A stretch of 63,775 nucleotides of DNA, counting the filler, from Atractiella rhizophila (Eukaryota), in assembly GCA_021432655.1 (NCBI GenBank). It is 4 parts of 4 records of this genome, joined end to end, with 100 filler letters (N's around TTAATTAATTAA, not from the genome) between each part and the next. Parts side by side here need not be neighbours in the genome. Positions count along the whole stretch, not along the records: positions 1 to 27,111 come from MU271748.1; 3 more parts are not named here. One strand, given 5' to 3'. The notes beneath the pieces were generated by a model. The model did not search any database, was not told the origin of the DNA, and saw nothing but the letters and a program-made list of their open reading frames with translations. Made by a program: the position numbers and the translations under genes. Positions 12,725-25,139 of this stretch are shown here, in pieces. Positions within the stretch are counted from its first letter, which is position 1; every line of letters starts with the position of its first letter.

Positions 12725-13897
12725 ATGGGTCAAGCTGAGTCGTCCTACGCCAGTGAGCAGACAACGCAGGCAAGATTTGATCTATCTCTTTGGTCTTTAT
12801 CTTCGTATCTAACCGAGCATTATATAGACAGCCGTCTTTTCTCAGAAGGCGATCCAGCAATCCGCCACCCTATTCCATGGCTCCCAGGAGCCAGACCCGA
12901 AGGCGCTTGTCCATCTCATCACCGCAGAGCCATTAGAGTCTGGCTCATTTCGTCGAAATACCCTCCACCTCTCCATTCTTCCATCTTTCCTATCGCGCCT
13001 ACTCCTCTCAATTCACACGCTCCGGATCACCTTTGTCTTACCTCTTCGATTCATGCTTAAATCTCTAGCTGAGATGCCCTTGAAACTCTCCTATTTCTCA
13101 CTTGAACCTCTCGAAAATGCAGCTGAAACCAATGGAGTAACCAATCTTTCGGTTATCTTAGACAAGGTGAATGTTGTGGGCACTCTTGGCGAGCCTGCAA
13201 CTGTCGATTCGGACTATGTGTCCTTCACTCGCACTTTCCCTCTCCTCTCAGGCAGTCGCTCCCAGGCTATCTTCGTCCCGGTTGCATTATATTCCGACGA
13301 CGAACAGCGTTTTGTTCCTGTCAGTGAGGACAAATCTTCATCCTCCACATCCAACCGAGCTATTGTTCAACTCTCTCTCTCCTCAGCTCCAGGAATGTCT
13401 CCCTGCCCCATTTCGAGCCTACCTAATGAGATCCTCTCTCTCATTTTTGAGTTCCTCAAAGCCGGCAAAGGCACGATTCCCGATCCCATTCTCTTAGACG
13501 TCTGCCATCTATGGAGAGCTGTTTATGCTCCTTTTTGGTACTTATCTGCTTGGAAGGTGGAGGAAAAACATGCTCTCTTGCAGCTGTATCCTGGCGCTGG
13601 ACGTCCTTGGAAAACACTTGACTTTCGTCACTATACTAACGTTGGGACTGCAAAAGCCGTCATACTGGGCTCGCCGAATGTTACCGAAGTGTGGCTGGAT
13701 GCAGTTTGGAATGAAAAAGAGGCGAAAATGGTGTTAAATGCACTTGAAGGCTTGAAAGCGTTGGAGAAGGCAATTACCTGCGATATTTTCGTATCCGGTT
13801 ATTTTTCGGAGAATGGGATGAGAACTCGATATGGGATCTCAAGAGGATAATCTGTGGGTGCGAGAAAAACTACTGTGTGGCTTATGTGGAGGAGTGA
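12725..13897 (+). pseudogene. F-box family paralog A, internally deleted and frameshifted
   Basis: Aligns with the genes at 15956 and 18501 (FTRTFPLL, ISSLPNEILSLIF, GSPNVTEVWLDAVWNE). It jumps at ~13770 to the family C-terminal motif LFFGEW in another frame, ending at TGA 13895-13897. Confidence 0.7.
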
Positions 13898-14265
13898 TGG
13901 ACGGCACACATGGATTTTAGATTTCCAGAAAACATGACGTCGTCAGGAGATTATCATATTCACTCAGTCTCTGCCACAAACCGGCAGAAGCCTGGATAGC
14001 AGAGTGGAGTTGCAGTGTGATCCACACGGACAGCTTAAGACTGAAATGTTAGCTCGTGCTTACTTCCAAGCTGTCGGAGTGGTCTCCAAACTCCGCACGT
14101 CTGTAGGAGTGACAGAAAACGAATCGTTGTAGTTCTCAACACAACGCCAACTACAATGGAAGGAGTGCCAAAAGGATCAGAAAGAATGCTGACCCAAGAA
14201 ACATTTCACAAAGAAATATTTGAGAAATAAACGTGCTGAAAAATCATCAAGTTGAAGACTGAATC

Positions 14266-14699
14266 TCAATGGCCTTGGTCATCTCCCTTCCTCTTGAACC
14301 AATCAAACATCTTCTTGACCTTAGGAACGGTGTCATCCTGCGTGACCTTCATTTGCGCCAACGCGATGTTCAACTGATCTTCCATTTTGCTAATTTGATT
14401 CGCCTGGGTTTTGATTTGTGCTTCTTGGGCATCGATCTGTGCTTCCTGAGCCGCGATCTTTGCTTCCTGGGCACTGATTTTGTCGCTGTGAATATGACAC
14501 AGCTGCTGAAGGGATTCGTGCAGAGATTCGGATGCCCCTTCCAGGAATTTATTTGTCCTTTCCAGATTCCCGATTTGAACGTGAAGAGATTCGTTTGCTC
14601 TTTCCAAAGTCCCAATTCGAGCCACTAGACCCGACAACTACGCTTTCTCATTGGCCAATCGGAATCAAGGTGGCGAACTCTCACTTCGTTGAATGACAT
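14266..14699 (-). CDS. Small coiled-coil protein; 5' end may extend further
   Basis: Heptad repeats ISAQEAK/IAAQEAQ/IDAQEAQ/IKTQANQ. An intron (GTGAGA...TAG) at ~14638-14684 joins an upstream exon ending MSFNE. Confidence 0.55.
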
Positions 14700-15955
14700 T
14701 GGTGTCGAAGACCCCTCTGGTGCCTTCCTGCCTTTTTCGGAATCGTTGGACGATGTGGAAAAATAAAGGGAATTCTTGATCACTCGACAACTACTACTCG
14801 TAGACTTGACAAGGATGTCGTTGGACGACAGCCAGGACTATCACAATCACAGACTTACCGGAGGTTTCTGAGCCTCAAGGATGCCTTCAGGCTGAGTCCA
14901 CTCTCAAGAGTGGTAGCGTACTAAGGACGGTCAAGTTTGGGATAGCGAATTCATTACTGAGATGGAGAGAACCTACGTCAGCGAATGTTCAGCTGGCGCT
15001 GGATGGCTGTCAGCATTTTGGAGCATCGAGTTGTGCATCGAGTTGAGCTGAAGACCGATAGGGCCGACTCACTTGATTGAAGGCTTACCACCTTGACCTT
15101 CCTTCCGCCTTCACTGCTCCAACCGTTCCATTCTCCGTCGTCTTCCGTCTCCCATTCCTGCTACAGCTCCTCCTCTACTCCGCCAACCTCGCAAGTCAGA
15201 TAGATGCTTGCCTCCACCCACTTCCGAGTCTTTTCCCCAGTTAGTCACCTTGAACTTGAACTGCCCGCTGTATAATGATCACGAGGTGCTTCTGCCCTGC
15301 CCACCGTGGTTGAATTGGAAGTTGTGTCAAATTCATATCCTCTCTCACGTCGATTGGAGGTCGAAGTCGTTTCGAAGGCACAGGTGTAGCCGCGTCGCGA
15401 ATGATTTCCTGATTGTGGCGGGGTAATTTAGGTAAAATTGCAAACCCGGAGTGTGCAGTCTGAGAGGTGCGCTGACAACTGTGTTGCTGCTGTATGAAAC
15501 TAACGATTGAAGTTGACGAGGACAGGTAGTCGTGGCGAACAGAGCACTGTAATGCAGGGGTGAAGAGAACCAGATTCGCCGTCGTTCGTAATTGGCTTTG
15601 GAGTGTCCAAACCTCACTGTTGTTCATCAATTCCTCCCTCACTCAGGTGTGCTAATTGTTGCATCCTAAGTTCTTCGTCATTTTGTTGTACCGTGGACGT
15701 TATGCTGACACAAAATTTCATTGCAGCCTGCCATACACAGAACACTGTCACTTGTCTTGCCAGTCCAGCCAGGAACGATGTGGCGTGCAGCATCTCTCTT
15801 TGCACACCCGTAATGTCGCACACGAATTCTTTGGCGAACTGGCTTATGTCGGCAGGCCCTTCCTTTGGCCGTAAGCTACCGAGTCTGACATGAGAGTCCG
15901 GAGTCTTACGTGGCATTCCATCAGAATTTTGGATGAATCAGAATACAGGGTATCA

Positions 15956-17768
15956 CTACTGCTCCTCCTCCGAGTTCCCAGGCTCCCAAACACCAGACCG
16001 CTTGCTTACTGTGCACTCTCCTATCGTTCTGTTCGCATTCAGGATCTGCTCATCGCGCCATTCTCCAAAGAATAAGACAAGATCAAGATACCACCCCATT
16101 GCCTTTCCATCAACACGGTCCCCTCTCATGGTCCCCCTCACCCGCCAATCCCCAAAGAACCAGCGGATGAAGTCTGGGAAGTGGAGCGCGTCCACTACGC
16201 AGTACTTGACTCTTATACACCATATCGCTGTTGCATTTCTTAAGGTGCTGAAGAACCGGCGGGGAACCATGTTTGAAGTTTCTTCGCCCCCGTCGAGGAC
16301 CAATTTGGTCAGCTGCGTGAGGTGTGATAGGTCGAGCGGAATGGGAAGGATGGAGGTCTTTCCATCAGCTGAAAAGGGGGCCAGCTCGATTCTGAGATAA
16401 TCCAGAAGGGGTGGCAGGGGATAGTCCATGATGGAGTGAGGGAGAGGACACAGATGCGAGAGATGCAGGTGGCGGAGTGTGCGCAGGAATGAAAACGATG
16501 CGAGAGGTGGGTACTTGTCAAGGTCTAGGGATTCCAGGCCAGGAGGGAGAGGGAGGCCAGATGATGCTGGAGCGGCGGAGTCCTCCACGTCGTAAGCTTC
16601 AAGCCGTTTGATCCTGTTACCCATCCTCTGCATAAAGTTCTCGACCTCCTCCCTTCTCCATTTTCTCAAGCCCTTCTTTCTAAAGGTAACAGCATCCACT
16701 CTTTTCAGACCTTCAATCGCGTTCAACAAAATCTTTGCCTCTTCTTCATCCCAAAATGCATCCATTCGCACTTCTGTGACATTCGGTGAGCCCTCGATGA
16801 CCTCTTTGACCTTCTCAACGCTGACACTTTCATCAAATATCAGTCCTCCCCACAGACGTCCGGCACCAGGATTGAGTTTCAAGCGGGCATACCCTTTGGC
16901 CGCAGAAATAACTTCTTCCCAGTAAGGCACAGAAACAATCTTCCAGAGCTGGCAGACATCGGGCAGGTTGGAAGCGGAGCTCGTTCCCACGAAACTGAAT
17001 ATGAGAGAGAGGAGTTCGACAGGCAAACATGAGATTGAGCATGGAACAACACCTGGTGGTGTGCGGGCCAAGAGCTGGATAATAGTGACCCTTGCGTCGC
17101 AGAGGGATGGGAGGGATGGCAACTGGTCGTTAAAGACAGGGACATAGCACTTTTCATCTTCAGAGCAAAAGGCTACAGCGACGTAGATGGCTTTCTCGCG
17201 TTGGAGAGGAAACGTGCGTGTATATCGATGGCAATTTGAATCTAGTGAATTGACATGTGATGCGACATCTTTTTTGGCACCTCGTTCGGGAATCAACCCA
17301 CGCCCTTGGTCGTCCGTAAAGGTTACTGTGACATTTTCCCTGCCGATGGTGACGCAAAGATTCGCTACACCATCCTTCTCGACGACATTGTCGAGGCTTC
17401 GGAGTGACAAATAGGACAATTTCGAGGACATGCGTGCAAGATCCCCATTTGTGAATTGCTCAGGGAAGACGAATGAAATCCGGAGAATGTGAACCAACAG
17501 AGGTAGGTAAGAGATGAAAGTGGGGAGAATGGAGAGGTTGAGCAACATGGGAGTGTTGTTCAATATTCCTCTTCCAACACGTGGGGTGATGACATGGATC
17601 AGCGCCATCGAGTTTGGGTCCCGAGCGTCATAGCATGAGGGAGATGCTCGTTGCTCAATCACTTTATGGGGAAAGCCAGGCAGACTAGAGCGCAAAATCA
17701 ACGTTAAATGAGAAGAGGCAAGCAAAAGAGGTCAAATCAGACCTGATTCTGGATGAAACTTCATGCAT
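15956..17768 (-). CDS. F-box/LRR protein, family paralog B (apparently intact)
   Basis: Long ORF with F-box ISCLPVELLSLIFSFV...VCQLWK and LRRs (LESLDL, LRHLHL, LDYLRI, LTKLVL). A short first exon is predicted at 17768-17743 with a 58-nt intron at 17742-17685. Confidence 0.75.
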
Positions 17769-18500
17769 CTCGACCGTTCGAGGCACGATAAAGACAATGG
17801 AAATTCTGAGCTGTCCAGTCCGAACCGTCGGTAAGAGAGTCCTGATATCGATGGATTATGATGTCGCGATTAAAACTTGAACATTGAATGTCGAGAAATC
17901 GGAGGATGTGGGATGCCTCCGTTCGATGCGGCGAACTCCGAGGTTAAGGGAGGAGAGAGCGTTGGTCACAAAGATGGAAACATGGAGCTCTAGAGTGGAT
18001 TAACTCATGGACGTGGGGAACGGACACTGGACAATTGGAACCTCCCATGAAGTGGCGTCCAGATGCAAAGGTGAGTCAGGGAGGCACCAATCGTTGTCAG
18101 GACCATAAGCGGTTGTGGTTCGAAAGTTCCCTTCAATGGTAGAGTTGCCTCCTGGTTCCTACCAGCATGCGCAGAGGAGTGGAGGTGTAGGTGCGAAACG
18201 CGAAGGGTTTGTGACCTTAATTCGAGAAAGGTCAGCCTGCACGAGCCCAAAATCAGAAGACAGTCCTGAATTGAGAGAGTCAGTTTAGACTTGAAAGAAG
18301 TCCAGAAATATCAGAGAAGATCTGGAGCACACGACTGGCTTCAGCACCTGGTATCTGTTTCGTCAAATTTGCACGAAGGGATTCAATCTTCTTATCTCAA
18401 AGACTGCTTCGTTTCTATGTTCTCCTTAGTTCGTGGTATCATCGAGTGCCTTGAATGATATGTTGATAAAAGCACACTGCAGAACACAATATCCGTCCTT

Positions 18501-20274
18501 TTACTCCTCAATTTTCGCAATGATCCGTTTGCTCACCGCAGATTCTTTCATTCTCCTCCTAGCACTTCCGACCACCTCCTCATGCCAATTCCCAAAGAAT
18601 AAAAAAACATCAAGTACCATTATCCTCCGATCTCCATCCGGCAAATCTTCCTCCTTCCCTCCCCTCACACGCCAATCACCGAAGAACCAGGATATAAAGT
18701 CCAGGAAGTCGGACGAGTCCACAACACAGAACGACAACTCTACGCTCTGTAATGCTTTTGCATTTTTTAGAGTGCTGAAAAACTGGCTGGAAACGAGGTT
18801 TGAGGTTTCTTCGTCGCCGTCGAGGGTTAGGAACCTGAGATGAATGAGATGTGATAAGTCGAGCGGAGTGAGTAACGTCGACGCTGTGTCGCCATCGAAG
18901 AAGGGGGCGAGCTCGATTGTGAGATGTTTCAGTCGAGGAGGAAGTGGGTAGTCTAAGATCGAGGAAGGAAGAGGACACATGTTAGAAAGTTCGAGATGTT
19001 CGAGTGAGGATGGGAGATAGAGTGATGGGAGTGGGGGATATTTGTAAAGGTCCAGCAATGTGATGCTAGGAGGTAATTCAAGCCCCAGTGATGTCGAGGG
19101 TGTTGAAGAGGGAGAAGAGTCTCCCAATTTGTAAGCCCTAAAGTGTCTGATCCTGTCACCCATCCTTTTCAAAAAGTTCTCCACCTCGTCCCTCCTCCAT
19201 TTCCTAGAACCCTCTGCAAAGGTTACATCATGCAATCGTTTCAATCCTTCAATTGCCTTCAACACAATCTTAGCCAGCTCTTCATTCCAAAATGCATGCA
19301 CCTCCACATATGTAACATTCACCGCGCCAACTATGACCTCATTCAGCATCGCAACGCTGATACTTTTCTTGAACTTGAGTCCAGTCCATAGTCGTCCGGC
19401 ACCATCATAGACTTGTAAACGCGCGTGAGCCTCCTCCGTCGAAGTAGGTTGGCGCCAAAAAGAAACTGATATGGTCGCCCAGTCCTCGCACACTTCGGAG
19501 AGGAGGGGAGTGTCGTTGAACGTCATAAACCCGAATATGACGGCGAGGAGCTCAGTGGGCAAGCGCGAAATAAACCCTAAAGGTGGGGAGAGCGAGAGCT
19601 GGATAATGCTGGCATTTGTGTCTTGAATGGATGGGAGGGGGGATCGTTCTTCATCGCCGATTGGGACGAAGCACCTTTTGTCGCTGGAGTATAAAGCGAC
19701 GGTGGCGAAGATGGAATCTTTCGCAAGGAGAGGAAACGTACGTGTGAACGGCTCCGTGTATGGCGGTAAATTGTTGGAATTGATGTAAGAGTTGATGTTT
19801 GGTGAAATGAGGATTGAATCGAACCTTGAACCAACATCTGATTCGACGTCCGATTCGAAATACGCATGTCGTCCGACCACGGCTACTGTGACATAGTTGT
19901 GGTTGAAGGTGACGCTAAGACTGAGTATACCGTCCTCGTCGACTGGACTTTTGAGAGAATCAACGGAGATATAGGATAATTTCGTGGGCACGAGTGCAAG
20001 CGACCGATGTATGAATCGACGAGGTAAGACAAAGGTAATACGGAGAGCATGAACGTGCGGAGGCAGGCAAGGTAGAAAGGAGGGCAGTACGGAGATGTGG
20101 ATCGAACTGCAGAGTATGGCGGGGGTGATGACATTGACGAGCGCGTTCGAGTCTGAGTCCTGAGAGGGTTGATATGAGGCAGATGTTAGGTGTTCATGTT
20201 AGATGACAGGAGGAGGGAAAAGAGAGATCAGACTGCACCTGCGTTGCCTCCCCTGTCGACGAAATCTGAATCAT
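18501..20274 (-). CDS. F-box/LRR protein, family paralog C (apparently intact)
   Basis: F-box ISRLPTELLAVIFGFM...VCEDW plus LRRs. The main ORF has no early ATG; predicted first exon 20274-20239 (MIQISSTGEATQ) joins in frame through intron 20238-20160 (CTAAC branch, CAG). Confidence 0.72.
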
Positions 20275-22047
20275 CCCGACAGCTCGAGGTCAATGGGACA
20301 AAAATCGAGCCTGCGAGATCGAACAAAATGAACCTGGCTTCTGTGAGAGAATAGTGGTGATGTCGATAGATTGTTTCCCCATTGGGGATGGAAGTATTTT
20401 GAATACTCTCTCTCTTGTCCTGGAGAAGTTGACGTTAAGAAGCCTCTGTCCTTTGGCGATGAATGAACCATTCAAGGCTAGATTCAAGCGACAGGTGTGG
20501 GGAACGAACCTGGATAGCTTGGAACATAAGATGGAAGCAAGGACAGAATATGCGCGTCCGTACCTGACTTCTCCATTGACAACACTCTACTGCGAAGGCG
20601 AGAGCATACTAAGAAATCGCCAGTTTGTGAGGACCCGGAGAACAGCAGGCACCACCATTCCGATGATGCTACGCGTGTCCTCTTTCTGTGTGCCGGAAAA
20701 CACACGGAGAGGAGTTCAACAGAGACGTCATTGAATGGAAGCGCGAACTTGCTTGGGACGATTTGGCATCCTTCCACTTTCTTTTTGAGTCCGTCATTCA
20801 GTCCCTCGATGCGTCCAACCTAGCCGCTCTGGATTCATCTCAATCCTCCGCACTCCGTCTCCTCACCTTTCCCATCCTCACCCCTTCACAAGCTTCACCG
20901 TCCCTCAGCAGCACAATCGTCTCACAGTGCCAAATAAAGGGGAGATCGGGTAAGGTCGAATCCGAATCAACGTTCATCCTCACACCGTGACACAGGACTA
21001 GAATTGGAACGACTGCGTCGAGCAGGACAAAACTCGTAAGGGACGGAGTCGCGGTTCACTGTTTTAGAACAGTTTACCTTCGACAACCTGCGAGACCGCG
21101 CAATCGTTTCTCCAAAACCCCTTCCCACCACCCAGGCAGACCGATGCTGCAGTAGCTCTCTCCCACGGCCACCCAACCCCACTTCTAGTACCCCCTCCTT
21201 CAATCCTCTCTCACCACCCCTTTTTCAGTTTCCCAACAGTACCTTCCCAACAGCAGTACCCTACTCCAATGCCTCCTTCTCTGGCATCTAGCACACCTCG
21301 AGTCCTAACAAAGATATTAGAGGATGCGGAAACGGAAGGCTGCCCTAAGTTCGCTAAGACCTTCCTGTGAACGTGCGAAGGGAGATCGGAGTGTAGGACG
21401 TCGAGGTTGTTGATGCGTGCTCACTGAGTCGTTCGACGCGGTCCTGCCCGAGTTGTCGACACCGAAAGCTTTCGTGTTACGGTCACGGACTCGTATGCAG
21501 GGGTAATAACATGGACTAACATCCTCGAGCCTGAGAGACCTTAGGATAGATTTCTTGCAATCATTTTCCAAAGGAAGAGTTGCCAGAGCCCCTAATCAAG
21601 TGGGGAACTCAATTATGCCTCGTAACATCATCACCAGACCAAATATCGAACCATCTCGATCGCCACATTTCGAGGCAGGATTCGAAACCGTGAGACGCTC
21701 CAAAGGAATTGTTTGTGGGAGAGCTGTGATGTTTATTTCTGAATTGGTGGCGGAGGAAGGAAGTATACGTCGCAAGCTTTACGACCCGTGGACTGCAACG
21801 ACGACAGGCCAGAGTGTTGGTGAAATAGTTGATGGAAGCTGGACTTAGCTGGACAACGTTACCAGAGATGAATCGATGAATATTCGATGAATCGTTGCAT
21901 GACCACGTTATCTTAGAAGAGTGCTTTTGAGATCGCGTGACCGTCCCGTCTTGTCCCGTCCTCCATCGTGACATGTCAATGCCAGTGGTATATAATCGTG
22001 GGAGTTGCCTTCCTGGTTTTAACAGTGTGATAAATAGTTAACATCGG

Positions 22048-23400
22048 ATGGAGGTTACTTTCGAAGATGTCAAAGAGGCAGCGGAAAGAATTAGGTGTGG
22101 AACATCTTCCATCTTTCCAATCGCCTTTAAATCTTTCGTCTCGTTTCCCGTTTCTTGCCTTGACTCGGAGACCATGCCATATTTCATCTCTAGTGCATGA
22201 CTTGAGCGATATGCTTACGTAGATTACAGACCGTTTGTTAACAGAACACCTGTCTTAACGAGCACCACTATCGACAGTTTAGCGAGCACACATCTCTCCT
22301 CATCCGCGAATCCATTACGCATCAAGATCTTCTTCAAATGTGAGAACTTCCAAAAGATCGGCGGTGTGTCCTCTTTCAATCCATATCATGGAAGAGTGCC
22401 TTAATGTGAACGGAATGACATAGCGTTCAAATATCGAGGAGCCACCAACGCTATCTTGCAGCTAATCTCCTCTCCCGATCCCACGCAAAGCGTGATCACC
22501 CATTCTTCTGGAAACCACGCTCAAGCGCTCGCGCTTGCGGGTTCCCGACATGGTCTCCAAGCACACATTATCATGCCCTCCACCGCGCCAGCAGTTAAGA
22601 AGGAAGCCGTGATCGGGTATGGAGCGGCGGTACACGAGTGTGAGGCAACTCTGGAGTCGAGGGAAAGAAAGATGCAGGAGGTCATGCAAGAGCTGGAGAA
22701 AAGGGGGAAGAACGCTACTTTCGTTCCACCCTTCAATCATCCACATATCGTCGCTGGTCAAGGAACCGCAACGCTCGAATTGTTCGAGGAAAGAAACGTG
22801 CATGTGATGATGGCGCCCGTTGGAGGTGGAGGTTTGTTGAGTGGCACGGCGATCGCGGCGAAGGGCAAAGGAGATGTGCTCGTTGTTGCCGCAGAACCTG
22901 CAGGTGCGTACCTTACAACTCAGTCCTGTGATGATCATTTGATGAACATCCTTGCCTGAAGGTGCGGACGATGCATTCCGCTCGTTTTATGGCCAGGAAC
23001 TTGTCCCGTCCACCAACCCAAGGACTGTAGCTGATGGACTACTCACGTCGCTTGGAGATGTCACTTACAAAATTGTAAAGGAGAAGGTGGATGCCATCTT
23101 TACTGTAGAGGAGCAAGAGATCATGTGCGCTTTCCCTTACAGTTCCGTCAGTGTGGTATTTATGAACCCATCTGCTGTAGACGGGCAACAAAGCTAGTTT
23201 GGGAACGAATGAAGATGATCATCGAGCCTAGTTCTGCTGTCCCTCTGGCAGTGGCATTGTACTCTGAGAAATTTAAGGAGTATCTTCAAGACTGGGCACA
23301 GAAGAAGGGGCAGGACGAGATAGATATTGGTATTATTGTCAGTGGTGGCAATGTAGACTTCAAGCGGATGGTAGACCTGTTTGATACTCTCGAGCAGTGA
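22048..23400 (+). CDS. PLP-dependent serine racemase / threo-3-hydroxyaspartate ammonia-lyase (SRY1-like), multi-exon
   Basis: RTPVLTS, FFKCENFQKIG/AFKYRGA (PLP lysine), THSSGNHAQALA, AGQGTA, PVGGGGLLSG, IEPSSAVPLA and SGGNVD. Confidence 0.92.
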
Positions 23401-24002
23401 CCTTTGCTGGAGGAGTTGGGACGAACTGGATGGCACGCAGGGGAGCTCTCAGATAGTCCACAATCAGCATTACAGTTGTCTCACTCGTGGTTGTTGAAAA
23501 TTACGATCGTTCCTGATCTATTGCAAGCCTTCCTAGTAGTTACGTGCCGTAACCCGTCCACGCGATGGATTTCCTTCTTCCAGGTCTGCATTTTACGTTC
23601 ACGGGGGTTCACGGCGATATTTCTTTGCTGAGCAAGCAAACGCGGGCAATCGGTGACGTGCAAGAAGTACTGGTGTGCTTATTGTTACATAGTTGAAGAC
23701 GGAGATACTGTATCGAATAAGGGCATGAACAAAGTAAGTGACGCTTTCCAACTCTGCTGCACAATGCGTACTTTGGTTGCGGCCGTTGCAAGCTTGGTGA
23801 TTCACTCTGCCGAACTTGCTTCGACACTATCCTTCTTCAACTGAACCTTCATATAATGTGTTGATGTTGGTGCTCCAGAATGGTTGCGTTTCTCTATCAG
23901 TTCCTTATTCTCAACAAAAAAATAACCATAGTCTACAGTATCAGCGTGAGTACTTGTCCAATGATCATCGTAATGATTTTGCGACCTGAGTGAGACCTGC
24001 AG

Positions 24003-24816
24003 ATGTTTTTTGCTCTCCTTCCATCTGTTGGGCTGGCGTCTTTGTCTGTAGCGCTTTCTGTTCCTGGTACGCCTGTTGATGATAGTCAAATTATGCTGAC
24101 CATCCACTCAGTGTCGTATTCAAAGCTTTCTACCTTCGAGCCAGAGTCACCTAGTGTACCGAAGTCATCATTGACATGGACCTCTCTCCGCGATGAGAGC
24201 TTAGTGAATTGGAACGGGGGATGGAACGATTCAACATCACCATGCAACGCCAGCGATATCTCGAGATTCGCTCAGGGAACTAATAACTCTTTACTTCCAT
24301 GAAAGCCGTCTTCAACGTCCAAGGTTGCTTTTTCTTCATTTGCCAATCCGTTGCTGAGCTGTCTCAACAATACCAGAGGGCCATGGACTCTATATAAGTT
24401 TGCGAGCCTCGATTCATACCAAATACCGCTTTGGCTTTGCTCCCTCTCTTTACATCGGAAGTTCCACAGCGGGAACCCCTGAGGAGGACGAAACCTGCGC
24501 CGATGGCGTTGCTTTTGAGAATAATGCTCCAGGTGTTGGATCAGTGCTGGTGGAGATTGTGGGATACGGCTCTGCTGCAGACAGTGAAATGCTTCAACCG
24601 AGGCAGGATCAAACACCGTTTTGGTTGAAGGTGGACGGCATTTGGTACGTTCTCCTGTCCTCTACTTTAGTTTGGCACCAACTTTGGATTAGGAGGTACG
24701 ACCTTCCGAAATCATCTGACACATCAACAAGTTCGGCTGCTCTAAGTAGACGCCTCGCAGTGCCAACTTGTTATACAATAGCGGCACTGATCGTTTGGTT
24801 TTATTCTTTTACGTGA
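24003..24816 (+). CDS. Hypothetical secreted/surface protein (signal peptide, hydrophobic C-terminus); one apparent frameshift
   Basis: Hydrophobic N-terminus MFFALLPSVGLASLSVALS, Ser/Thr stretch then hydrophobic tail (IAALIVWFYSFT), canonical introns, and a frame break near 24290. Confidence 0.5.
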
Positions 24817-25139
24817 ATGGCTCTGTTTGAATGATTGTGGACGACAATGGACTACTGTGTTGACTGCTTCAAGGACTATTCGCTGTGGAATGTTTAGACT
24901 GATAAAGGACTCTACATTGAATGATCTTTAATCTGTGCTTGTGAACGAGAAGCTGAAAGATTATCAGTATAATGACCCTGCAGATGCATTGCACGTTGAT
25001 ATTTTACATGAAATTTCCTAATTATGACCTTGACAACATTCATCCGTCAGGGTATAAATGATTGTTCACTTGGTTTGAAGTCTGAGGCATATATTTTGTG
25101 TGGCAGGCGTCCAGTGAACAGTAAAAGGTGTGAAGGATA

